Positions 1 to 8,281 of a stretch of DNA of 13,063 bases are shown piece by piece. The stretch's first letter is position 1. Each line of letters begins with the position of its first letter. This DNA is from Cyanobacteria bacterium J06626_4. Lineage in GTDB: Bacteria; Cyanobacteriota; Cyanobacteriia; Phormidesmidales; Phormidesmidaceae. The stretch covers positions 1 to 13,063 of the forward strand of contig JBCBJQ010000137.1 of the NCBI GenBank assembly GCA_038523235.1, in the 5' to 3' direction. The notes under the pieces were generated by a model, which saw only the letters and a list, made by a program, of their open reading frames with translations, was not told where the DNA came from and searched no databases. A program made the translations under genes and the position numbers.

Positions 1-407
1 CTCAGAAGCAATGACGCCTTTGCCCCCTCTGCCTGAACCCTATTGTCAAACGAAAGATAGAGTGTTTTTCAAACACCCTTTCACAAGATTTACATTTTTC
101 ATTCATCATGCCTGTATCTCTTGGATCAGGAGCTCAGTACTTTTAAGATCCTGAATAATTCTTAGAGCTAATTTGCAAAGTAAATCTTAAGCTGCCAACC
201 GACACAGTGTGAGTCTAATGAGGTTCTATAAATCGTGTCTTTACTGTGGTCTGTATAGCTTTCATAGTCTTTGCTGAGGCGTCAATAGCGATTTATATTG
301 TTTCTAGATAAGGATCAGAAACGATGGCTGACAGCAATGTGGTGGGTCAGTGACTGTGTGTTTTTTAGCCCTGCTGGGAAAACTGATGATGCCATCAAGG
401 TTTTTAT

Positions 408-917
408 ATGCCTAGCTCTGACAAAGCATCCATAACACCCTCGCCAGCTGCTCAAAAAGCATTGGAGAGGTTCATTCGAACCGTCCCCCCAGAAGTTGCC
501 AATACATTTTCTGAGCAACAGCTAGATGCTATTTTGCATTTCTTAGATTCACTATTTTGGAAGCGTCATCCGATCGACCTTCGCACATCAGTGCCGTTTC
601 TCTTTAAGCGATTTTACATCGTTCTTATTGCTGGCTCTGAAAAACGGTCACCTCAAAGACTACGTGATGAGAGGAATCAGACTCCCATTTGGACGACGGC
701 CAATATTCTTCTGTTTCTCTTTTTAACCACTACCGGACTGTTCATTTTTAGCGCTGGCATATTAATTAGCAGGGCGAATCTGTCCCTGCCATCCTTGCCT
801 AACAAAACTTTCCCGACCATCTACCCAAGTAAAGAGAATGAAGAAGATTGTGAGGAAAGTGGCCGCACTTGGCGAGATGGAAAATGTTATGACTATGAGC
901 ACAGTCCTGATTTCTAA
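408..917 (+). CDS. Hypothetical membrane protein with a C-terminal two-Cys module
   Basis: 169-aa ATG ORF. It has an N-terminal block (FSEQQLDAI...RHPIDLRTSVPFLFKRFYIVLIAGSEKRS) typical of a conserved uncharacterised family, one hydrophobic TM segment (ILLFLFLTTTGLFIFSAGILI) and a C-terminal EDCEESGRTWRDGKCYDYEHSPDF. Confidence 0.8.
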   Translation: MPSSDKASITPSPAAQKALERFIRTVPPEVANTFSEQQLDAILHFLDSLFWKRHPIDLRTSVPFLFKRFYIVLIAGSEKRSPQRLRDERNQTPIWTTANILLFLFLTTTGLFIFSAGILISRANLSLPSLPNKTFPTIYPSKENEEDCEESGRTWRDGKCYDYEHSPDF

Positions 918-1337
918 ATCCTGACGTTCCGTTTTTCTTGGGTTAACAAGGTATGAGTAAGTGGCCTGAAGTAAGTAGGCCTCTTGCAAATTAGTACCAG
1001 TGGCTTTTAGTGCCATGAGGAAACATCAGGATATCGAATAGCCGACAGCTCCTGATAATGGCTGGCGCAATAGCACTCCCCCTTTCCCATCAGCACTTCG
1101 GAGTAAACTGACAGACCTTCAAACAGATGTTGGAGGTTCTGAGACCTCGTTAGAGACCGGCCTCGACACTGGGTGCGAAGCCTCAGCTATCTCTGAAAGA
1201 GCGGGTGCTGGTGACCTTGGCATATCGGTGAGAGTATCGCACCTACTGTCATATCATGACCAGGTGGGGCATCAGCGAGTCGATGCTCTGTCGCATTGTC
1301 CACTGAACAGATTAAGGAGCCATGATGACCTGGTTTC

Positions 1338-1581
1338 GCATCGTTCAGAAGCATTTGCTGCAGTCACTCAAACGCTGACGACAAACCCTTGGAAATCCAC
1401 TACGATATGATGCTTACAGCCTTTAACTTTCTTGCCGCCATCACGACCGGAGACCGCATCCGCTTTTTTCCGTTGTTTTGACGGATTGCGAGTCGGCGAT
1501 CGCGATGCTGGAGTCAATCTCTCGCCCCCAGATCTTTGCGCAGTTCACCCCGCCACTCATCATGATGCGAGACACGCCTCC
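1338..1581 (-). pseudogene. Degenerate internal fragment of an IS5-family (IS1031-like) transposase
   Basis: Manual minus-strand translation across frameshifts gives HDEWRGELRKDLG / REIDSSIAIADSQSVKTTEK / DAVSGRDGGKKVKGCKHHIVVDFQGFVVSV*VTAANASER. This matches the IS5 DDE signature DSQSVKT...GxDGGKKVKGRKRHIVVD. There is an in-frame TGA at 1368-1370 and an A6G slippery run at 1463-1469. It is absent from the ORF track. Confidence 0.9.
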
Positions 1582-1788
1582 TAAACCGCCTGTTTGTTAG
1601 CGCTTGAGCGTATTGCGTACCGTTTCTATAGGTCAATTGAAGTAAGCGGCAATCGTCTCAACATAGTCGCCCCAGGCATTGAGCCTGACTGCAATTCCAG
1701 ACATCCTACAGGCCATCAATTACGGCCTCTTTGTGCGATCTTGATCGCCTCAAACTATTCAGAACGAAACGTTGCCTGCCAGCCTCTC

Positions 1789-1806
1789 AACGATAACAGA
1801 CCCTAG
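1789..1806. mobile_element. Possible isolated IS5-family terminal inverted repeat
   Basis: AACGATAACAGACCCTAG resembles IS5/IS427-type ends finishing in CTAG. It lies about 200 bp from the transposase remnant, and no partner end was found. Confidence 0.3.
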
Positions 1807-1814
1807 ACAAGCAG

Positions 1815-2306
1815 TTACTGAGGCGCTTCGTTGAGGGCTTGAGTATTCCCCGCTTTGACCCAGCCCTCTTGACCCGAACTGCTGATCCGCACTTTGACCC
1901 AGCGTTCACCGGGGTCAGTCTCTAACACTAAGACCTGATCGTTGTAATCAACTCCGCCCAGTTGCTGATGCTCGGCCCCTGGCCCCGATCGCAGCACGAG
2001 ACCAATCGGCTGAATCACCACGGCCTCATAGCTGCCGGGTGGAATTTCTGGGGTTGGGGGCACCGCTTCTACTTCTGGAGTCGGTTCTGCTTCTGGAGTG
2101 GGCGGAGCCGCTTCGACGGGCGCGGGCGGGGGCGTACTCTCACTGGCCTGTAGGGCAACATCATTATCAAAAACTGGTCTGGGCGGCAACACTGATAGCT
2201 TTGCCATAAAGTAGCGAGCGGTGGCGACCCCCGTCAGCGACAACAAAACTAAGGCAAACGAAACGCCTAAGATGAGCTTCGTGACGCCGAGCAAAAATCC
2301 CTTCAT
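1815..2306 (-). CDS. Membrane-anchored bacterial SH3 (SH3b) domain protein
   Basis: N-terminal hydrophobic helix, Pro/Glu-rich linker (TPPPAPVEAAPPTPEAEPTPE), then an SH3b signature: GLVLRSGPG...WVKVRISSSGQEGWVK. Confidence 0.9.
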   Translation of the reverse strand: MKGFLLGVTKLILGVSFALVLLSLTGVATARYFMAKLSVLPPRPVFDNDVALQASESTPPPAPVEAAPPTPEAEPTPEVEAVPPTPEIPPGSYEAVVIQPIGLVLRSGPGAEHQQLGGVDYNDQVLVLETDPGERWVKVRISSSGQEGWVKAGNTQALNEAPQ

Positions 2307-2571
2307 GATGATTCCAGACAGGTCATGCCCATAGGTGTATATCAGCGACCTTAAAAGGTCAAGGGTAGTCAGATAAAAGGCACCAGGGATTGGTGCTGGA
2401 ATTAGAGAAGCAGCGGCAGAACTGCCAGATCGCGAGCTACCGGATCAACGGAGATCGCCTGCGTCCGTCCTTCAGAACATCAGCTAGAGCCATCTCCATC
2501 GGCCAATTGCGAAGGCATTGTTTGGGGAATTTGGGGAGAGCCGGGGCGATCCGTTGACGCCTCTCAAACAC

Positions 2572-2598
2572 AAAAAAGAGACGCCGTGGGTGCGTCTC
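2572..2598 (-). terminator. Rho-independent terminator of the outer-membrane protein gene
   Basis: Perfect 7-bp stem GAGACGC (2578-2584) / GCGTCTC (2592-2598) with a 7-nt loop, followed on the minus strand by T6 (A6 at 2572-2577). It lies about 60 bp after the stop codon. Confidence 0.85.
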
Positions 2599-2603
2599 GG
2601 GAT

Positions 2604-2627
2604 TGGGTGCACAGATTTGTGCACCCA
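2604..2627. repeat. Perfect 10-bp hairpin, REP-like palindrome
   Basis: TGGGTGCACA-GATT-TGTGCACCCA, located between the OMP stop codon and the terminator. Confidence 0.7.
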
Positions 2628-2658
2628 TAGTTGTAATCAATCCAGCCGTTGGCGCAGC

Positions 2659-3144
2659 TTAGAAGGTGTAGCCAACACCGACCACGCCGTTGACTTGACT
2701 GTCGTCATAGATGGACCAGTTAACCGCACCGTTGAGGGTGACTTTTTCCGTCACGCGGTAGTCAACCCCAGCCGTTAATAGCGGGCCGACATCGCTGTCA
2801 TCCCCCGTAGTGAAGGCAACGCCGCCCCCGGCATAGGGCAGCAGCTTGCCGTTACTAGTAATGGGGTTGAAGTCGTAGGTAACCGGAATCATAAACGACG
2901 TCTGGCCATCCGAAAAATCGAAGTCGGTGATCAGCCCCGGTCGCACGGAAACGTTGTTGCCCACGGTCACCTTGCTGTTGACGGCGAGGCCTAGGTCGCT
3001 ATCGCCGAGGTCACCGACGCCAACCCCCACACCGACATAGTTATAGTCGGTCGGGGCTGATTGGGCCTGGGCAGGACTAGAGAGCGTGATCGCACCCACC
3101 AGACCAAGCGTAGCGGTAGCAATCGATAAGAAACTGGATTTCAT
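2659..3144 (-). CDS. Small outer-membrane beta-barrel protein (about 8 strands), 161 aa
   Basis: Start reassigned to the ATG at 3144 (MKSSFLSIA...), which is preceded by the RBS AGGAG. It has a Sec signal peptide ending PAQA, alternating amphipathic strands (YVGVGVGVG, PYAGGGVAF, LTAGVDYRV) and a C-terminal beta-signal GVGYTF. Confidence 0.9.
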   Translation of the reverse strand: MKSSFLSIATATLGLVGAITLSSPAQAQSAPTDYNYVGVGVGVGDLGDSDLGLAVNSKVTVGNNVSVRPGLITDFDFSDGQTSFMIPVTYDFNPITSNGKLLPYAGGGVAFTTGDDSDVGPLLTAGVDYRVTEKVTLNGAVNWSIYDDSQVNGVVGVGYTF

Positions 3145-3175
3145 GGAATTTCTCCTAACTTTGAGGCGAGTGATG

Positions 3176-3274
3176 TGTGACGAGAGCAGAGACATCTCCT
3201 CTCGCTGTGTGACTGTTGTAGCGTCGGAGCTTCTGCGATGTGCCAATCACCTGTGACAGTTGTTGCGGTGTCAA
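3176..3274 (-). promoter_or_regulatory. Putative promoter/operator region of the OMP gene
   Basis: TTGACA on the minus strand at 3269-3274. There is a 16-bp direct repeat, TGTGACTGTTGTAGCG (3208-3223) / TGTGACAGTTGTTGCG (3252-3267), 14/16 identical, and a third TGTGAC at 3176-3181. No good -10 box was seen. Confidence 0.4.
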
Positions 3275-3652
3275 GGATTGCCCAAGCATTTTGAAAAATT
3301 CGTTGAGGTGCTTGGTTTCAGCGACCCTTTGACGCGCTGAACAAAGACGCTACACCTAAGGCCAGTCCTTGATTAGCCGAACTTTAGCGAGGACTGGTTC
3401 AGGGGTATCAGCCTCGTCCTGCAGTCTTATTGGCCGTGGATATCAAAGAAATTGCTGCCCCAAAAGGTGGTTTGGCGGGGTTCCGATAGCCAGTGAGCTT
3501 GTGCAGCTGGCACAGTCTGATGCCAGGCTTCAAAACTCTCAAACACCGTTCGCCCCGCCCCGATTATGAGGATGCTGTTGCCTGCCCATGCCTCAGCGTC
3601 CCGATGCTTGCCGGGTGGTGAGAGGTGAGAGTCCGATCTCTGAGTCTGACCC

Positions 3653-4999
3653 TTAGCCGCAGCCCAGCAGGTCATCTAACTCGGCGTAATCGGGTAGCGT
3701 GGTGTCGATCGCGCGACCTTGACGCAACACGGCGCGATCGCTTTGGGGTCGAGCAAACAGCTCGTTAAACGACCGCGCTTTGAACAGCACCAGATCAGCG
3801 GATAGGCCCAGACCGAAGCGACCTAAGTTGGGTAGCCCCATCAGCTCAGCAGGCGTTTGAGTAATGGCGCGGGGCCAGTCGCCAATCGGGCGATCAAGGT
3901 GGGCAATACGGGCGCTCTGGGTCAGCACCTCTAACCCATCGTGATCACCATAGGCATAAAAGGGGTCACGGCAGTTATCGCTGGAGATGGCAACGGGAAT
4001 GCCCTGGGCCTGCAGTTCGTGTAGCAGCGTGACGCCCCGATAGCGCGGCGTGCGGTGCGGCTGCCGGTTTTGCAAAAAGAGGTTGCACATGGGCAGACTG
4101 ACCACCCCGATCGCCGCGGCTTTCACCAGTGCTAACGTTTCCGCGACGTCAGCCTCGCGCTGCACCGAGAGTGAACAGCAGTGACCGCAAACCACCGGCG
4201 CCGAGAAATTGTGCCGGAGCTTAGTCTGAGCAATATGCCGCAGCCCCTGATCGGTCGGGATGAGGCTCTCATCCACATGCAGATCGATCGCTAAATTGCG
4301 CTCGGCCGCCAGGGTAAACAGACGATCCAGTTGGCGGTCCAACTCTGCACTGGCGTAGGCCACTCCGCCCAAAATGCCCCCCGCGTCGGCGACCAGATCG
4401 GCTAAGGCTTCCCCCTCGGCGGTCAGATAATAGTCTAAAGAGACGAGGCAAACGGTTTGGAGGGTCATCCGCGTCGCCCAGTCTTGCTTCAACTGGTTAG
4501 CGACCTCAAACACCGTTTTTGCCATGTCATCAAAGGCATCGCAGTGGGTGCGAAGCGCTTGCGTGCCGTGGGCATAGGCGCACTTGAGCCCAAAGGCCAT
4601 GCGACGATACAGATCGTCAGCAGTCCAATTCACGGCGTCTGCCATCACGGCTTCGAGCGCACTGTGAAACGTGCCGTCTGAGTTCGCCTGACGCGGCCAG
4701 GTCTGTCCCTTATCTAAATGGGTGTGCAGATCCACAAAGCAGGGAAAGACTAAGCCTTGGGCCAGATCGACGCTGGGCTGAGCGGCATCGGCGGTGCCGA
4801 GGGGGGCGATCGCGGCAATTTTTCCTGCTTCAATGGCAATATCAGCGGCCACCAGATTTTCTAACCAGGGGGCGGCGGCCAGCGCGGCAATCACGTCACG
4901 ATGCGAAACCGTTGCATCTAAAAAGGTGAGGGGAACACGGGCATTGGCAAGCCAAAACCGCTCAGCGTCAGGTGGCGTGATGAAGGGCGCGATCGTCAT
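3653..4999 (-). CDS. Metal-dependent amidohydrolase, cytosine deaminase (CodA)-like; possibly a pterin deaminase
   Basis: Amidohydrolase motifs DLHTHLDK, DLHVDE, VCGHCC and SSDNCRDPFYAYG, plus the C-terminal ADLVLF. The ATG start at 4999 (MTIAPF) is preferred over the TTG at 5008. Confidence 0.9.
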   Translation of the reverse strand: MTIAPFITPPDAERFWLANARVPLTFLDATVSHRDVIAALAAAPWLENLVAADIAIEAGKIAAIAPLGTADAAQPSVDLAQGLVFPCFVDLHTHLDKGQTWPRQANSDGTFHSALEAVMADAVNWTADDLYRRMAFGLKCAYAHGTQALRTHCDAFDDMAKTVFEVANQLKQDWATRMTLQTVCLVSLDYYLTAEGEALADLVADAGGILGGVAYASAELDRQLDRLFTLAAERNLAIDLHVDESLIPTDQGLRHIAQTKLRHNFSAPVVCGHCCSLSVQREADVAETLALVKAAAIGVVSLPMCNLFLQNRQPHRTPRYRGVTLLHELQAQGIPVAISSDNCRDPFYAYGDHDGLEVLTQSARIAHLDRPIGDWPRAITQTPAELMGLPNLGRFGLGLSADLVLFKARSFNELFARPQSDRAVLRQGRAIDTTLPDYAELDDLLGCG

Positions 5000-5107
5000 A
5001 ACCAGCAACCGCCCGGAGTAGATCGCATTGTCAGCCGCACGTACCTTCCCTGGAAAATAGAGGAGCTGCGCTTAAATAATCGCCCCCAGACAAAACCATT
5101 GCTGTCA

Positions 5108-5128
5108 GGGTTGGGCATTGCCAAACCC
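5108..5128. repeat. REP-like imperfect palindrome in the permease-deaminase intergenic region
   Basis: GGGTTGGGC-ATT-GCCAAACCC (8 of 9 bp paired), resembling cyanobacterial GGCAATGCC-centred dispersed palindromes. Confidence 0.5.
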
Positions 5129-5270
5129 CAACCATTGGAGACGCTATTTTCAAGCAACTCCCTAAAAGCTAAAAGACTCAGAGACTGAAGAGTAAAACTT
5201 AGCGCTGACAAGAATTGATGACCCCCGAGACGGCTGCGGTCACTGTAGCAAACTGCGGTCAATCAGCTGC

Positions 5271-6146
5271 TCAATTTTCCCGTCGTACGGCGCTCTCATG
5301 CCAATGTCGCAATAACCGGTTGGAGAGCCAGGTCAGCCCCACAAAGATCAGTACGCCCAGGACGGTCGTCATGGCTAGTGCCGCAAACATGCGCGGAATT
5401 TGCAGGTTATAGCTCGACATCAAAATTTGGTAAGCAATGCCTGATCGCGCGCCTCCAGTGCCTGCGACAAACTCGGCCACCACCGCCCCAATCAGGGCCA
5501 GGCCACCGCTGATGCGCAGCCCACCCAAAAAGTAGGGCATCGCGCTGGGCAGGCGCAGGTGCCAGAGGGTCTGCCAGCGAGAAGCGCCGTAGAGGTGAAA
5601 CAGATTTTGCAAGGTGTGGTCGGCACTGTTGAGCCCCAAAGTCGTATTAGAAACAATGGGAAAAAAGGCAACAATCCAGGCGCAAATCACCAGGGCAACA
5701 AACGTGCTGTCTTGAAACCAAATGATGATTAGGGGGGCGATCGCCACAATCGGCGTCGTCTGCAAAATCACCGCATAGGGAAAGAAGCTGCGCTCAATCC
5801 ACTTGCTTTGGGTAAATAGAATGGCCAACAGCAGCCCTGACACCGTGGCTAGCAAAAAGGCCGTGATAGTAATCTGCAGCGTCACCATCAACGACCGAAA
5901 CAGATCGGGCCATTCTGTCAGCAGAGTTTGTAATACCAATATTGGCCCCGGCAAAAGATAGGGCGGCACGTCCAACAGCTGCACCGCGCCTTCCCACAGG
6001 GCCAGCGCCATCACTCCCACCATGATCGGCGCGATGACATCAGGATGCCACAGGGCTCGCAGTCGGTTTTGGGCGGGTGGAGCGATCGCCCCCTCGGAAC
6101 GCGAAACATCAGTACCCAACGAGGGGGGTGGGCTTTTGACAGTCAT
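5271..6146 (-). CDS. ABC transporter permease, NitT/TauT (SsuC/TauC-like) family
   Basis: Multiple TM helices, QTTPIVAIAPL, EAA-loop-like LYGASRWQTLWHLRLPSAMP and GAVVAEF. It overlaps the ATPase stop codon by 4 bp (ATGA). Confidence 0.95.
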   Translation of the reverse strand: MTVKSPPPSLGTDVSRSEGAIAPPAQNRLRALWHPDVIAPIMVGVMALALWEGAVQLLDVPPYLLPGPILVLQTLLTEWPDLFRSLMVTLQITITAFLLATVSGLLLAILFTQSKWIERSFFPYAVILQTTPIVAIAPLIIIWFQDSTFVALVICAWIVAFFPIVSNTTLGLNSADHTLQNLFHLYGASRWQTLWHLRLPSAMPYFLGGLRISGGLALIGAVVAEFVAGTGGARSGIAYQILMSSYNLQIPRMFAALAMTTVLGVLIFVGLTWLSNRLLRHWHESAVRREN

Positions 6147-6937
6147 GGCAATAAGGAAGGAGAGGGCGGCGCCGGGGCATGAACATCTGTCGCCGTCTCA
6201 CTGACGGCTAGATGGTGAGCAATTTCGCGGCAGTAGTGGTTAAACAAGGGAGAGGTGCGAAACGCCTCATCGCGGGGATGGGGGGCATCAATCGCCACCT
6301 CGGCCACTAAGCGCCCCGGCTGTGCCGCCATCACCAGCACCCGATTCGACAGATAGACGGCCTCATAAATATTGTGGGTGACGAAAACTATCGTCCAGTG
6401 ATACTGCTCCCAGAGACTGAGCAAATCATGGTTGAGACGACTGCGAGTCATTTCATCCAGCGCGCCAAAGGGCTCATCCATCAGCAGCAGATGAGGATTC
6501 GTCACCAAAGCCCGCGCGATCGAAACGCGCATTTTCATGCCGCCCGAGAGCTGACGGGGATAGCTCTGCTCAAAGCCCTGCAGCGCCACCCGATTCAGCG
6601 CCGCTTGAATCTGGCTGCGGCTGGCTCGCAACGACTTGCCCTGTAGTTTCAAAGGCAAATGAACGTTCTCGACAACCGTGGCCCAGGGCATCAGCGCCGC
6701 CTCTTGAAACACAAAGGCCAAGGCGCGATCGCCCTGAGCCGGCCCCTCAATCGCGCCGCTGCTGACATCGCCGAGCCCGGCCATCAGCCGCAATACCGTA
6801 CTTTTGCCACAGCCCGACGGCCCCACGAGGCTGACAAACTCGCCCGGCTGCACTGCTAAGGTCAGCCCCTGCAGCGCCACCATGCCGTTGGCGTAGATTT
6901 TATCGACTTGGTGTAGGGCGATCGCGGGCGCGGGCAT
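6143..6937 (-). CDS. ABC transporter ATP-binding protein, NitT/TauT family
   Basis: Walker A GPSGCGKS, Q-loop FVFQE, signature LSGGM, Walker B LLMDEPFGALD and H-loop FVTH. The start is the ATG at 6937 (alternative TTG at 6949). Confidence 0.95.
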   Translation of the reverse strand: MPAPAIALHQVDKIYANGMVALQGLTLAVQPGEFVSLVGPSGCGKSTVLRLMAGLGDVSSGAIEGPAQGDRALAFVFQEAALMPWATVVENVHLPLKLQGKSLRASRSQIQAALNRVALQGFEQSYPRQLSGGMKMRVSIARALVTNPHLLLMDEPFGALDEMTRSRLNHDLLSLWEQYHWTIVFVTHNIYEAVYLSNRVLVMAAQPGRLVAEVAIDAPHPRDEAFRTSPLFNHYCREIAHHLAVSETATDVHAPAPPSPSLLP

Positions 6938-6993
6938 AGGTGTCTTCAAACCAGATTTTCAGCAAACTAATGACGGGTTAAGACAGTCCACCC

Positions 6994-8076
6994 TTAAGAC
7001 TGGTAATAATCGGCTCCTCGATTCACAAAATCTAACGTAAACGCCTGGGTGTAGTCGATGTCTGCTTCAATCACTTCAGCCTCCACTAGCGTTTCGTAAA
7101 ACGACTGCCAGCGCGCTGCCGTCATGGCGCCAATGCCCATGGCTGCCGCATCGCCCGACACCACAATGCCGTACTCCTGCATTTTTTCAATGCCATAAGC
7201 GATTTGCTCGTCGGTCATTTCAGGATTGTCTTGCTTGATGAGTTCATTGCCAGGAGTCGGGTCTTCGTTCAAATAGCTGTACCAGCCCTGAATCGAAGCA
7301 TCAACAAAGCGCTGCACCAAATCGGGGTCGCCATCGACAATTTCTTGACGCGTTTCAATCGTGGCGGCATAGGGATCATAGCCATAGTCAGCCAGCAGCA
7401 GCACGACCGGCTCAAAGCCTCCTTCTTGGGCGATCGACAGGGGTTCAGAACTCAGATAGCCCTGCTGGGCCGAGGTTTTATCGGCCAAAAACGGGCCAGG
7501 ATTAAAGTTGTAAGGCCGCTTCATATCCTCGGTGAAGCCGTATTTGGCGGCTAGCAGCGGCCAGTAGGTCACATTCGCCGCGGAGGAAATGTAAATTGGT
7601 TTGCCCTGTAAATCTTCTAAGGACTCCACGCCCTGATCAGGATGGGCAATGAGAATTTGCGGATCTTTTTGAAAGATCGAGGCGACGGTCACCTTCGGAA
7701 TACCCTCTTGTACTGCCTGCAGCGCATCAGACCCATAGCCCATAAAGAAGTCAACAGCGCCCCCCATCAGCAACTGCGTGCCGTTGACCTGGGGGCCGCC
7801 CATTTTGATGGTGACGTCTAACCCAGCGTCAGTATACAAACCGGTGGCGATCGCCTGATAAAAACCGCCGTGCTCGGCTTGGGCGTACCAGTTGGTGCCA
7901 AAGTTAACCTGCTGCAGTTCGCCACTGGCAGTGTCTGTCGTCGGTGCAGTCGGGTCAGTCGCCGCGTCATCATTTGTACAGGCGGCCAGCACGCTCGCGC
8001 CCACCAACAGCGGCCCATACTTAACAAACCGTCGTCGCCCGAACTGACTAGAATAGAGCCTCTCAAGCTGATTCAA
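6994..8076 (-). CDS. ABC transporter substrate-binding lipoprotein, NMT1/THI5-like
   Basis: TNWYAQAEHGGFYQA...GLDVTIKMGGPQ motif, twin-arginine-like GRRRFVK and lipobox LAAC. The TTG start is preceded by the strong RBS AAGGAGG. Confidence 0.95.
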   Translation of the reverse strand: MNQLERLYSSQFGRRRFVKYGPLLVGASVLAACTNDDAATDPTAPTTDTASGELQQVNFGTNWYAQAEHGGFYQAIATGLYTDAGLDVTIKMGGPQVNGTQLLMGGAVDFFMGYGSDALQAVQEGIPKVTVASIFQKDPQILIAHPDQGVESLEDLQGKPIYISSAANVTYWPLLAAKYGFTEDMKRPYNFNPGPFLADKTSAQQGYLSSEPLSIAQEGGFEPVVLLLADYGYDPYAATIETRQEIVDGDPDLVQRFVDASIQGWYSYLNEDPTPGNELIKQDNPEMTDEQIAYGIEKMQEYGIVVSGDAAAMGIGAMTAARWQSFYETLVEAEVIEADIDYTQAFTLDFVNRGADYYQS

Positions 8077-8281
8077 GACCGTCCTCCTTCGATATCGGTG
8101 GTCACTCAGATTTTGCCACTCAGGGCAACGTTCATCCCTGACCTGTTGTTTATATAACGGCTCGTCTGTGCCAAACAGCGACTGTAGACACCGTTTCGGG
8201 CTAACTCTTGCCGATGCCGTTGGTCAGGCACGGCCAGCCACACATTTTCTAAATGATGACAGACTCTCAAAAATACGGCCT

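Noticed and set aside
1594..1806. 70-aa plus-strand ORF ending NDNRP*
   Set aside because: The end resembles read-through of an IS5 terminus, but the body has no convincing transposase motif, so it is not called as a CDS.
3145..3246. Longer 195-aa version of the OMP
   Set aside because: The signal peptide and AGGAG RBS fit the ATG at 3144, and the extension runs through hairpin and repeat sequence.
4996..5262. 88-aa ORF between the permease and the deaminase
   Set aside because: It has no RBS or motif and crosses a REP-like palindrome and a MITE-like end, so the region is likely non-coding.
8077..8281. TPP or other riboswitch upstream of the THI5-like SBP
   Set aside because: No TPP core (CTGAGA...ACCTGA...GCGNAGGGA) or other recognisable aptamer on the minus strand, and no clear NtcA GTA-N8-TAC site.
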